NCBI RefSeq assembly: GCF_009914755.1
Contig: NC_060934.1
Direction: 5' to 3' (one strand)
Source of the DNA: the human T2T-CHM13v2.0 reference genome, Homo sapiens
Length of the DNA: 64,000 nt
Shown: positions 14,350-29,020 of the stretch, piece by piece
How positions within the stretch are numbered: the stretch's first letter is position 1
Layout: every line of letters starts with the position of its first letter
Made by a program: the position numbers and the translations under genes
Notes under the pieces: model-generated
What the model was told of the DNA's origin: nothing
The model's input: the letters and a program-made list of their open reading frames with translations, nothing else
Database searches by the model: none

Positions 14350-15564
14350 GGTAGTAGTTACCCAACTTTATGCATTTGTCAAAACTCATTGAATTTTATA
14401 CTTCAAATTGGTGAATTTTGTTGTATATATATTATACACCAATAGACTAATTTTTTTAAGTAACAGAAAATAAAATAATGGTGGAGACATAAAATGGAAC
14501 TTGTAGTAATAATCTTAAGGTTATTAAATAATTTTATTTAAAATTGACTTGTATTTAATGGACTGTGCTTTTGTTTCTCAGGTTTCTAAGTGCTATCTTG
14601 AAAACAGAAGTCTAATAATTTACAAAATTGACTTCTCAGTTCCAGGATGAAGTAAGAATTTTCTTCTGTGCATAAAGTGGACATCATTTGAAACAGCAAC
14701 AATATTGTCATAGTAGACCCAACAAAGACTTTCACTGGACTGTCTCTCATACTGACCCATTACACAGGTCCATAATTCAGTGAAGCTATTTGGGGATAGT
14801 CATTACAATTCTACATAAATCATCAGTTCTTTACCAAGCTGCCATAATCCATGGTTAGATTTTAGAGCATCTGAGAACATGGAATACTGTATGATCTCCA
14901 ATTATTTTTTGCTAAATATGACTTCTCTCAATAAGGCTTTTGACAAACATTTTGGGAATTAGCTCGTGGTTGCCTTTCTTGGCACGGACAGTGCTAGAAA
15001 CTACTCAATGGTGCACATGACCACAGACCCCTAAAATCTTGAACTGATCATTGAGCTGGAGGTAGAAATAACCTATTTGTGGAGGTCAAGGTCTCTAACA
15101 AGGGAGGAGTCGGCTACCTTTACCTTTTACCATTCGTTCTCCTTTCGTATTTTCAATAGGAGAAATACAGAGAAGTTAATGGCATTGAGCGGTTCCATTG
15201 TCTACTGCCTTTCAGAGATTGAGAAGCTTGAGCCAGTTGTATGTTTTTTTGAGATTCAAATGTATTAAATAAGAAAGATATGCCAAAACAAGTCTCTAAA
15301 TATTGTGATAAATTTAAGTGTTAATAATTAATAACTTATTATGAATCAATAATTCATAAATCTACTGTATATTTACCTTCATTTGGAGATAAGTCAAAAG
15401 ACTACATTTGAAGCCCCTTTTGTGCATGATGTCCTGGGGAAACGTCCCTCTTGCAGCCACTCACCCCACCCCAAATAGGTTCTATTCTTCTAGGGTAAAC
15501 TATTTAATTGGGGTCCGCAAAGTCCTATGAAAAGAGAATGAATAATTATTTCTATATGCCAAGA

Positions 15565-15745
15565 ACGCTTTTAAATGCATTACTTGTATTAACTCATTCA
15601 CTTTTTACAAGCGTTGTGAGAATAGGATTAATACTATGAGATAAATCCTATTAGGTGAGGAAATGAAGATAGAATAGTTAGTAACTTGCCCACTATCATG
15701 GCTGGTAAGTGGCAGAGCTGACTCCAAAGTCTGTGCTCTTAACTG
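15565..15745 (-). mobile_element. MIR fragment
   Basis: ggtgaggaaatgaag..agtaacttgccca..ggtaagtggcagagctg..tccaaagtctgtgctcttaac. Confidence 0.75.
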
Positions 15746-15751
15746 TCATGT

Positions 15752-15832
15752 TGGAGGTTGGATCATGTAAAAGTAGCCAATTGTCAATCATGTGTGACTA
15801 ACAAAATTGGCAATTTCATATGGTTCAACTTG
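15752..15832. mobile_element. MADE2-like mariner MITE (about 80 bp)
   Basis: Imperfect palindrome aggttggatcatgtaaaagtagcc ... ggcaatttcatatggttcaact. Confidence 0.75.
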
Positions 15833-16334
15833 ATGTAATGCTCAGATTGGCTGAAGCTATGTTTTTATGAGCATGAATATATGGGGCACATTTGTTTCTA
15901 TTGCCAGTCGAGAATACATATCAACCTTTTATCTCAATTTGACAAATCCAGTATTTATTTCTGAATTCTTTTTGCTCCAGGGCAAAGACATTTTAAAATT
16001 CATGTCTGCTTTGAGAAGGGGTGGGGGGCACAGCTAGCTAATCAGAGCTTAACAAAAGGAGGGACTTTCTAATGACTAGAGCTGTCAAAGCTGGGCTGAT
16101 GGTCACTATGGACAGTGGTGGGAGCTTCTGTCCTGGGAGGTGCCCTCAGAGATGGGATATGCTATTACTCAATAAGTCTACCAACGGTTCCTGCCTCATT
16201 AGAACTCAGCCAGTGCAGGAGTTAGACATCCATCAGACTCCTGCATGCCCAGAATGTGTCAAGCTTGCCCTGCTGGACTTTTTACTATGGGTACTCTGTT
16301 TTTCTTCCTAGATGTCAACATTTAGAAATCATAG

Positions 16335-17114
<780 letters not shown>

Positions 17115-17420
17115 ATAGTCAAGGGGATTGTATTGAAAAATGGGGAGGTTTCTTTTGCTCTGGTTGAATATTTTTGTAATTTCATGAAGGATTCAGAGCA
17201 AAATAGTGCTCTGTCTTTCAGAAGCACATTGAGGGTCCTTAAATTTCATAGTCTAATTTTACAAGGTCCCTTTCTTGTTTCCATAGGTTACTAGAAACTA
17301 TTTGTTTCTTTCCTCTGGACAGAGCCCACAGAATTCATAAGATCTTCACCATTGGGATTTAGCAGCCTTGCATTTGCTGGAAATTGACTCTGGAATGGTA
17401 ACCAGATCAAGACCACTCCC

Positions 17421-17772
<352 letters not shown>

Positions 17773-20224
17773 TGATAACAGAGATATACCCAGACTGCCC
17801 CTCAGCAGCCAGCCAAATCTGCAGATCCCCGGCTTTAGCTGGAAGCCAAGGCTACTGCCAAGATTCCATAAATCAGTTCATTTGGCTCAGCCTGACTAGC
17901 AGGACCACGAAGATGAACAATGCCTCCAAAAACAAAATCAAACTGTCCTGGAGGCTACACAGAAAGAGATGGAGAATTGTCTCGGTCAATTCTGGGGCAG
18001 CATTTTTGCAGAGTAGAATTTTTTTTTTCTTTCAGGATAGCCAATGTCCCGTTTACTGTGAAATTTGGTATGCTGATTACAGCTTGTAATGATCATTCGG
18101 CTCAGTAGATCATATCTGACTTTTCCAAAAGCAATTTTATGTGGGTACTAATGTGTTTGTCCCATGCTTATTCTGGTCAGTGGGGCATGCAGTTATAAGG
18201 ATCAGATGGAAGTAATTTCTTGGATTTCCCTTTGATGTTTCCAAAGGGAGGAAGATTCTCTGTATCCCTCTGGGTGCTCCCTGACAGTGTGGAGAGCCCT
18301 GTGACGGCTCGAGGCGGGAGATCCTATTTTCCACCCCCAGTCACTTGACCAGTCCACCAAGAAGCTCTGCATTCTCAGGTTTTTGAGACCTGTCCCAGCC
18401 ACAAGTCACGAGGCTTACCTCTCAGGAAAGTCACCTCAAGAAGAACATCCAGAAGGCTGTTCTTGGATATCTGGGGCTGAGATAGGGATGCAGTGCCCAT
18501 CACTGCTTCCCTAGTTCACTCCTATGGGAAGCTGATGCCCCTTCCACCTTTCACTCATCACCTTTTCTCACTGTGCTTATTGATCCTGAACAAAAGCGGC
18601 AGCTCAGAAGCTCTCATCCAGCAGAAGTGACTGAGAGCAGGACAGCAGGCCCGTCCACCCTGGCCTTCTCCCACCAGGCAGTCTGCTTGGTTCCTGCTGA
18701 GCAGACTTATCCCTAATGGCCGGAAGCGCTCCTCTCTTTGCCCACCAACCCCAGCTCCAAAGCAGATGCAAGTGTCTCCATTTCCCTGGTCTTACTTTAC
18801 TCCTCTGCCTCCTGGGATCAGAATAATAATTTCTAGTTCTCTGGATTGGCTCTGCTTTGCAATATATGACTCACTCTCTTTTCCTTCAAGCTTTCCCTTA
18901 ACGTGGTCCACACTCGAGGATGCTGGCTGGGTCTTTATCACAGGAGAATTTTCAGGTATTCAGCAACTGAAGAAAAAAAAAAGACCTATTGAACACTCCT
19001 TTCCCTGCTCTCAATCAGGTCACACAGAGTTCTTGAGAGAAGAAAAACAGCAAATGTGAAACTGATGCCAGTCATCTTCTTAGAACAAAGGCCAAGAAGT
19101 AGGAGTGATTTTTTTGTGTGTTGGTGCATGCATGTATTTTAGTGGAATGAAAGAAACAGCCATGCCCTCAAACACCTCACTCTTGTGTTTACGCAGCTGG
19201 CCCCCACTGGAAGACGCGTCTGAGATTGCATTCCGTGATATTTCACCAATACCTTCAATAACCACGTCTTCTTTTCACCTCCAGATCACATTGGAAACCC
19301 ATTTACTTTATTCATAAAAGTGTAACATATTCAGCCCTGAGTCTCCAGTTATTATCAGCATTTGCACATGACCGAGCATAGTCACTGAAGCCTCTGCTCT
19401 TGCCGTCACACATTTCTGAGCATTTTGAACTGTGATTGTTACTCTTTAACCTGGGGGCTCTTCGACTTTCCTAAAGAGGGGAAATCCAGATGAGAGCACC
19501 AGATCTTACGCTGTCATATTAGCTAGATGGAGGAAGCAAGAATAAGTGCAATAACAAGAGCCAGGTGAGATAATTAAAACCATCTTAATCCCTTCACACC
19601 GAGAGGCGGATGTCAGCCCATTTCTTTTCCTTTCTCTTTCTTCTTTCTTTTTTTTTTAAACTGTGTAAGCTTTAGTTCTGATTTCATTTCAAACAGCCCT
19701 TCCCATCAGTGCTTGTTCTACCGATGTGAATCAGTAGAATGAATTAAGTTTTGCTCAAGGCATTTAGTAGAGTAATAATCTGCTTCTCAGAGGAGGGGAA
19801 ATGAAGATGAAAAAATTTAGCAAAGAGCATCTACCCTACAATGCCAGGTCGGTAATAAAACATAAAGATGCTTAAAGAAAAGTACTCCCCGACCAAAGCG
19901 GGTCTATTAGAAGCAAGTTTTGCCATGATTGCCGAACCCTCCTGGAAAGGGTAAGGAAAAAAAAAATCACTGTCAAAAATCATTTGAGTATAAAAGTGAA
20001 ATAAAAGTCGCCTTTTTAAAATGTGATATTCAGTGTGGACATAGAGTGGAAGGATGCAGTACAGTCATTAAGGGAGACAAATAGAGGATGTGCCCAAGAT
20101 CCCTGTCATGTGATGGTGTGGAAGACCTACTGTGAACAAAGACCCTGCGAAGCCCAGAAAGCCAGAAGGCAAATCATTCCTTTATCTTTCCTGGCCCTGT
20201 GCTGTGGCGGAACAACCAAAATGA

Positions 20225-20360
20225 GAGTCTATTGGGTTGAGCCCTGGCTTCACCCCCTTGGGGCATTCTGTTTCCCCATTCAGAGAATGAGTGAGAATAG
20301 TGAAACCTGCCTCAGCCATCAGAGGCTTGTCCCAACAGTCCAAAGAGATCAAGATTAGGA
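20225..20360 (+). mobile_element. MIR fragment
   Basis: gggttgagccctggcttcacc..ctgtttccccatt..aatgagtgagaatagt. Confidence 0.6.
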
Positions 20361-20385
20361 GTTGTCTTTGCAAAGAGTGAGGAGA

Positions 20386-20546
20386 GCCAGGTGCGGTGGC
20401 GTCTGCCTGGAGTCCCACCTATGGGAGGATCTACTGGGCCCAGGAGTTTGACACTGCAGTGTGTGATAATCACGCCTGTGAATAGCTACTGGGCTATATA
20501 TAGCCTGGGCAATATAGAGAGACCTCATCTCTCTCTTTAAAAAAAT
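20386..20546 (+). mobile_element. FAM (fossil Alu monomer, 7SL-derived)
   Basis: gccaggtgcggtggcgtctgcctg.. plus the FAM/7SL-diagnostic cgcctgtgaatagc..agcctgggcaatatag..gacc and a short A tail. Confidence 0.85.
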
Positions 20547-20547
20547 T

Positions 20548-20858
20548 GCCTGGGTGCAGTGGCTCATGTCTGTGATCCCAGCATTTTGGAAGGGTGAGGT
20601 GGGAGGATTGCTCGAGGCAAGGACTTTGAGACCAGCCTGGGCACCATAGCGAGATCTCATCTCTACAAAAAAATTGTAAAAATTAGCCGGGTATAGTAGA
20701 GTGTGCCTGGAGTCTCAGCTACTCAAGAGGCTGAGGTGGGAGGATCATTTGAGCCCAGGAGTTTGAGGCTGCAGTGAGCTATGATCACACCCCTGCACTC
20801 CAGCCTGGGTGACAGAGAAAGAACTTGCCTCAAACAAACAAACAAACAAACAAACAAA
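20548..20858 (+). mobile_element. AluJ element with (CAAA)n tail
   Basis: ggaggatcatttgagcccaggagtttgaggctgcagtgagctatgatc; the tail is aaac repeats. Confidence 0.93.
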
Positions 20859-21989
20859 GGATGAACATAGCTCTAATCTAACCTGAAGTTGCACCCAAGC
20901 AACTATGATTTTTCAGTATTCTCATTAATTTTGGAAAATGTTTCTGGGCAAACTCTTTAAAAGTGGGAAATATTTAAAATATTTAAAAGTGGGAGATAAA
21001 GGAAGATAGAAAACTTCACTCTATTGGAGAGTAATGAGAGGGTGGGGAAAAGAGATTTTGTTCTTGTTTTTGTTCCCAGCAATTTCAGCACACTTTGATC
21101 AATTTAGTCTTATGAAAATGAAAATTTCAAAAAGAAGCAGCCAGAGTCATGTTCCTAAGAGCACACTGGTCATGCTATTCCTCTTTGTACAATCCCACAG
21201 TGGTGTCCTGATACCTTTAGGAAAAGATTCAATGTCCTTGGAATGGCATTCATGGCTCTCGATGGTGTGCCTTAGTGTGGCTTCCCCATGCCACTTCCCA
21301 TGCCTGGAGCATCCTGCTCTGCCCCCGTATCCCCCACACCTGCCCACATCCCCTCTGTGGTCTCCACCACCAGGAAGCTGCCACGGACATTCATCAGCAA
21401 GAATGAGTGGCCTCCGGGGTGTTCATGCTGGATGGTGAATGTTGACCTTTTCCCCTCTATTTGTGAGCGCTTTCAGAATAGCAAATATATCTTTCTTCTG
21501 GCTGTCTTTGGTATCAGAAGCAATGCCTGGAAAATCAGGGGGCACAGAATAAATGTCCTTATAGCTAAAGAAGAAAGGAAAGAAATTAATGTTGATTCTA
21601 TAACTTACCTACAGTTCTTCAATTTTAATTATATAAATGCCACTTTTATTGTTTTTGTCATATTTGTGAACTACCTGTTGTAATAGCACTTGCTTAATTA
21701 TTTTGCTTTAATTAACAGCTTACTTTTAAAAACTTAAATGTAATTTAAAAGAAAATGTTTTGTCACTTTATCATACATTCCATGAAAGGAAGAGCTGTGT
21801 TTGTTAAGCACTGAATCCCTAGTACCTTGAACTGAGCCTGGCACAAAACGGGTATCCTACTCTGGTTAAATGACTAACAGGAAAATTAGTACCACTGGCT
21901 ACTAATACATGGTAACATGAATAATAGATATAAAAAATGAAAGAATACTAACAATACAGTAATTGACCCCAAACCTAAGACTCACCCCT

Positions 21990-22406
21990 TCTTATGGTTT
22001 GGATCTTTGTCTCCGCCCAAATCTCATGTCAAATTGTAATCCCCAGTGTTGGAGGCGAGGCCTGGTGGGAGGTGATTGGATCATGGGGGTGGTCTTTCAT
22101 AAATAGTTTAGCAACATCTCCTTGGTGCTGTTCTTATGGAAGTGAGTGAGTTCTCATGAGATCTGGTTGTTTAAGATTGTGTAGCACCTCCCCCATCTCT
22201 ATCCTCCTCCTGCTCCCCCCATGTGAACTGCTTGCTCCCCCTTCACTTTCCACCATGATTGTAAGTTTCCTGGGGCCTCCCCAGAAGCAGAAGCTGCTAT
22301 GCTTCCTGTACAGCCTGCAGAACCATGAGCCAATTAAATCTCTTTTCTTTATAAATTACCCAGTTTCAAGTATTTCTTTAGAATAGTGCGGGAACTGACT
22401 AATACA
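21990..22406 (+). mobile_element. MSTA-like MaLR solo LTR
   Basis: tatggtttggatct..aaatctcatgtcaaattgtaatcccc ... gagccaattaaatctctttt ... gactaataca. Confidence 0.92.
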
Positions 22407-22889
22407 CCTCTCTTTGTTTAAAGGGGATGCCAGGATTACAGCAATGTTAGGAACCTCAGAACTCAAGTGCAAATTTCTCCTTGATTAATTAAAAGGATTG
22501 AAAGATAATTGAAATGACTAGCTGCACACTGAGTAGTCTAGTGTCATTTCACACACAGTCATTCCATAATCATCAAGCACCTGTACCACGGGTCTTTCCC
22601 TCAGTTTGGGAAACATCATCTATGTTATTCCTTCAAGTTCCTACTCCTCTTCTACAAAAGCTGACCGATAAGGAGTTCTAACCCATCAGGAGACTAAAAC
22701 TATCTGATACGCTCATTTAAATGGAAGTATAGACCCCAAGAGGATGGTAACTATTAAAAAAAATCCTGGAGCTTCTTATATGTTAGTTTTGTATCATTCC
22801 TGCCTCAATTTTTTTCCCCTGTGGTTAACAACACAAGAGCAAAAACCTTGCATATGAAAAATATGTGCTTCTATTCATAATGTATGTCA

Positions 22890-23185
22890 CTTTTTTTTTT
22901 TAAAGACAGATAGGGTCTCACTCTGGTTCTCAGGCTGGAGTGCAGTGGTGTGACCTTGGCTCACTGCATCCTCGACCTCTTGGGCTCAAATGATCCTTCC
23001 ATCTCAGCCTCCCTAGTAGTTGGGACCACAGGCATGTGCCACCATGCCTGTCTAATTTTTGTATTTTTTGTAGAGACAGGGTTTCACCATGTTGTTCAGG
23101 CTAGCCTTGAACTACTGGGCTCAAGCAATCCTCCTGTCTTGGCCTCCCAAAGTGCTGGGATTACAGGTGTGAGCCCCCACGCCCT
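22890..23185 (-). mobile_element. AluJ element
   Basis: Reverse Alu with ctcgacctcttgggctcaa. Approximate TSD tatgtcac. Confidence 0.92.
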
Positions 23186-24056
23186 GCTATGTCACCTCTT
23201 ACCATATTAAAATACAGACACTTGGAGGAAGAATCACTAGATGGGGCGCAGTGGTGAGTGGCTTGTTAAGGAGCCCTGACTGTCCACAGAAATGTCACCT
23301 TCCCTTCAAGGTTATATCTTGCTCCTGTTGTTCCTTACGGTGTAATCTAGTGCCTTGAGCACAGGCACGAAAACTTTCTTTTGGCTTTCCTTTATGTAGT
23401 TGAAGATGGCAGGACTATGCTAAGTGAAGAAAATAAATATTTGTAATATAAGAATACCATATATGAAGCCTAAAAACATTCCAACACATAGAGCATGTAA
23501 AGTAGCTACCCAGGGAGACACAAACTTCTGGTAGAAGGAATCTACCAGAATATAGTAGGAAGTGGGGAGTATTATAGTTACACCAAATGCATATGTCTGT
23601 TTACAAAACAACAGAAACAAAAACTTTGGGAAACACTGCTCTATACCCAAAGGACTACCTTTACTTTCTTACACCAGGACAAGGAAAGAGCTCTTTTGCT
23701 AAAAAATAAAGCAAAGCAATAATAAGAAAAGCAAATTTAAAAATAGAAACAGAAATCCATTTGCAGTGAGATCTTAAAGCTTATTCTCCCACAGTAACCA
23801 GACATGAATTTGGGGTTGCCCTTCTCACATTCCCCCAAACTCCCTCTTGATCAATATTTGCTTTACTCTTCCTCAATGTTTCTCTGTTTATTTTTCCTTT
23901 CCAGACAACAGAACTTGTTACAAATGTTGTGTAGAAAGGAGCTACAGTGTGATCCGCACCAGACCTTCTCTAGTCAAGACTGAACCTATGGCTGGGTAGA
24001 CAAAGTGGCTGCCTAGAAAGTGTATGACTTGAAGGCAGAATGAAAAGGTCCCAACC

Positions 24057-24431
24057 TGTATTAGTCTATTTTTATACTGGTATAAAGAACTGCCCAAGAC
24101 TGGGTAATTTATTAAAAAAAAAAAAAGATGTTTAATTGATTCACAGTTCAGCATGGCTAGGGAGGCCTCAGGAAACTTACAATCATAGCAGAAGGTGAAG
24201 GGAAAGTAAGGCACCTTCTTCACAAGCCGGCAGGAAGGAGAAGTGCTGAGCAAAGGGGGAACAGCCCCTTATAAGACCATCAGATCTTGTGAGAACTCAC
24301 TCACTATCACGAGAAAAGCATGGGGGAACCACCCCATGATTCAGTGATCTCCACCTGGCCTCACCCTTGACATGTAGAGATTATTACAATTTAGGGTGAG
24401 ATTTGGGTGGGGACACAGACAACCCATATCA
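24057..24431 (-). mobile_element. THE1 (THE1C/D-like) solo LTR
   Basis: tgtattagtc..gactgggtaatttat..ggaggcctcaggaaacttacaatc..gagatttgggtggggacacag..ccatatca. Confidence 0.93.
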
Positions 24432-24674
24432 CTGCCATTCTCAGATGTATCTCTTCCTTGGTCTCCTTGGAAGCCCTAAATGATGGACTGAATTTCTTTA
24501 GACTGAAGTACTGGATGCCCTGTTGAAGTACAGGTAAAAGCTGAGAGAGTGGGTCACTGCCAGGGGATGGTCTGGGCTTTGGTTGTTAAATGCCAAAGCT
24601 GCATCTCACCTTAAGCCAACTGCCTGAACTCTCTTTTCATCTTTTCCATAGTTCCTAGGTAGTCACAATTCACT

Positions 24675-25045
24675 TTTATTCATTCATCCATTAATTCTTT
24701 CATTCAGCACATTTATATTGAGGATCATTTACTTAGCATTATGCCCCAAAAATGCATTGTTGAAAAAGACAGATGTTCCTGCCCTTATGGAGATAAAATG
24801 GACATTAAACAGCCAATTACACACTAATGCAATCACTATTGATTTACTGATTCAATAATTATATATTAAGCAACTACTCTGTAGTAAGTACTATGCTTGG
24901 TGCTGGAAATTTAATAGTTAACAAAAATGTCACATTCTGTGCTTTCATGAAACATGGAACTCATAGTCTAATCAAATATGACATAAGAGAATATAAAATT
25001 GTATACGAGGTAAGTGCTACAAAGGAGACACAGCTCTATGAGTAT
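24675..25045 (-). mobile_element. L2 3'-end fragments
   Basis: attcattcatccatt..acatttatattgag..cctgcccttatggag; a second copy has attaagcaactact..tgcttggtgctgg. Confidence 0.6.
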
Positions 25046-25305
25046 AACAATAAATATAACTACAATAACTTTTAATAGATGTGCAATATAAAAAGAGTAA
25101 ATTATGACATCGATGACATAAAATGTAAGGGGGGAGTAAAATTGTAGTTTTTATATGTGATCAAAGTTAAGTGGTTATCAGCTTAAAACAAGCTTTTACA
25201 AGATTGTTATTTAAGACTCATGGTAATCAGAAAGCAAAAATCTCTAGTAGAAAAACAAAAGATAAAGAGAAAGGAATCTAAGCATACCACTATAAAAAAA
25301 AAATC

Positions 25306-26221
<916 letters not shown>

Positions 26222-27589
26222 TCATAAAGGAGAACTACAGAGAAACAATGGAACAAACTACAAAACAAGCAGAAAACAATCAACAAAATGACAATGATAA
26301 GGCCTTACCTATTGATAATTACTTTAAATATAAATAGATTAAATTATCCAATCATAAAACATAGAAAGACTGAAGAGATTTAAGAAACAAAATTCAGCAA
26401 TATACTGACTACAGAAGATTCACTTTAGCTTTAAGAATACACATAGGCTGAAAGCTAAAGGAATAGAAAAATACATTCTATGCAAATTGTAACCAAAAGA
26501 GAGCAGAGGTGGCCATGCATATATCAGGCAAACTAGACTTTAAGTGAAAAACTGTAAAAGAGATAAAGTCATCATATAATGATCAAAGGGCCAGTTCATC
26601 AAGAGGATACAATGATGAATTGTAAATACATATGTACCCAACTTCAGAGCATCTAAATATATAAAACAAATATTAACAGAACTGAAGAGAGAAATAGACA
26701 GCAACACGGTAATAGTTGGGGACTTTAATACCACACTTTCAACAATGACTAGATCATTCAGAAAGAAAATCAATAAGGAAACAGTGGACTTGAACAACGC
26801 ATTAGACCAAATGGATCTGAAAGACATATATAGAACATTCTATCCAACAACAGCAGAGCGCGCATTCTTCTAAACAGCACACAGAATATACTCCAAAATA
26901 GAACATATGTTAGGCCACAAAATGAGTCTTAACAAATCGAAGAAGATTGAAGTCATATCAAGTATCCTTTCCAACCACAATAGTATGAAAGTAGAAATCA
27001 ATAACAGAATGAAGATTGAAAAATTCACAAATATGTGGAAAAGAAACAACACACTCTTGAACAACTAATTAATTAGTCAAAGAAAAAATCAAAAGGGAAA
27101 TATGAAAATACCTTGAGGTAAACAAAAATGGAAATACAGCATACCAAGATTTATGGGATACAGTAAAAACAGTTCTAAGAGGGAAGCTTATAGCTATAAA
27201 TGCCTCCATTAAGAGAAAAGAAATGTGGCAAATAAAAATCTTTACAAGGAAGTAGAAAAAGAACAATAAACTAAGTCCGAAGTTAACAGGAGGAAGGAAA
27301 TAATAAAGATCAGAGCATAAATAAATAAAATGGGGACTAGAAAAACAATAGAAAAGATCAATAAAGTTAACAGTTGGTTTTTTGAAAAGATACATGGAAT
27401 TGGCTCTCTTAGCTAAACTAACTTAAAGAGATAGAGAAGACTCAAATAAATAAAATTGTAAATGAAAAAGGAGGCATTACACCTGATATCACAAAATGCA
27501 AAGGATCATAAAAGACGACCACGAACGATTATATGACAACAAACTGAATAACCTAGAAGAAATGGAATTTCTAGAAACACACAACCGAC

Positions 27590-28168
27590 TGTAGGGGCCA
27601 AGGGAAAACTTTCCCTTTGCCCTCTGAAGGTTCACTGAAAATGAACTGAAAAGGGAGGATTAATAAAAGAAAAAGCATACAAATTTATCTATGTGCAAAG
27701 AGAGGGAAATCACAAAGTGCAATGAAGTACAGATGGTTCTATACCCTTCTTAGAGGACGGGGAGATAGGGAAGTGTGTAGGAGTAGTGAACGATTTTTAG
27801 GGGAATTCAATGGGCTTGAAGAACGTATAATGGCCTAGAAAAAAAGTCTGTTGGGCCCACAGAGCAGACATAATGGTTTGTGAGAAAAGTCTCTCCAGGT
27901 GTGTTGACAGACTTCAGTCTTTCTTTCTGCCATATGAGTTCAGTTCATGAAAACTTAAGAAAGGGAGCAGAGGTGATTGTTTTTTTCTTGAATGGGTCCA
28001 AACTTCTGGCAGATAAGGGAACTTCACAGAACAACTTCATCCTTTGCTTTGAGAGAGACAAAGAAATGAGAGGCAGGAGAAGGAGGAAGGTCCGAGAGAC
28101 CTTGAAGCTTCTTCAGTTCATCATGTCAAAGTGCCATATTTTGGGGTATCAGTTTCTGAGCCCCAACA
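27590..28168 (-). mobile_element. ERV1 MER4-group LTR (LTR49/MER39/MER34-like)
   Basis: Minus strand starts TGTTGGGGCTCAGAAACTGATACCCCAAAATATGGC and ends ..GGCCCCTACA. No TSD. Confidence 0.85.
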
Positions 28169-28574
28169 GGGGTAAACATAAAGCTTGCTTTCTCAAACAA
28201 GCATTCCAACATCCAACAGCTCTGTTAATTTCCAAGAGTACTGTAAAATATATTTTTTCAACCAAATTATATGAATGATCTGGTTAAAAAAGACTTTACA
28301 ATAAATACATAATATACTTTTAGTACTAATAAAACCAAGAAAGACTGCTTAAAATAAAGACATAATATGCTTATACTACTATTTTAAAAAAGAAAGACTG
28401 CTTACACAAAGGAATTAAATTATACCGAATTTAACAGGACGCACACACCCTCACTTCTAAGGTAATATCTGAAAAATATTCTCTGATTAATGAAATTAAA
28501 AGGCATAAGCATGATCTGTAAAAAGTAACAGGATTTCAATCCTAATAATTAATATATTAACTAATTCCAGAAGC

Positions 28575-28977
28575 AGATCAAGTGATACTAAAAAGCTTCT
28601 GCATACCAAAGGGAACAAGCAACAAAGTTAAACGGAAGCCTATAGAATGGGAGAAAATGTTTGCAAACCTCACATCTAATAAGGGGTTAATATCCGAAGT
28701 ATAGGCTGGGTGGGGTGGCTCATGCCTGTAATTCCAGCACTTTGGGAGGCCGAGGAGGGCGGATCACCTGAGGTCAGGAGTTTGAGACCAGCCTGGTGAA
28801 CATGATGAAACCCTGTCTGTACTAAAAATACAAAAATTAGCTGGGCGTGGTGTTGTGTGCCTGTAATCCCAGCTACTTGGGAGGCTGAGCCAGGAGAATT
28901 GCTTGAACCCGGGAGGTGGAGGTTACAGTTAACCAAGACGGTGCCACTAGCCTGGGTGACAGAGTGAGGCTCCGTCT

Positions 28978-29020
<43 letters not shown>

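Larger units (their letters stand above)
11612..14460 (+). mobile_element. Old L1M ORF2 3' part and 3' end, with nested Tigger3a, MER30, AluJ and LTR
   Basis: tctttcaacaaatgatgctggaacaattggatatc, cacactacatacaaaaattaactcaaaatggatc, gcaaaatggtgcaaccactttggaaaac, agcaataaaaaggaatgaac. Confidence 0.88.

Noticed and set aside
20386-20546. Possible 7SL RNA gene
   Set aside because: It lacks the S domain and is diverged; it fits a FAM retroposon.
26288-27589. Potentially active L1 ORF2
   Set aside because: Many stops and frameshifts, missing RT domain, old L1M subfamily.
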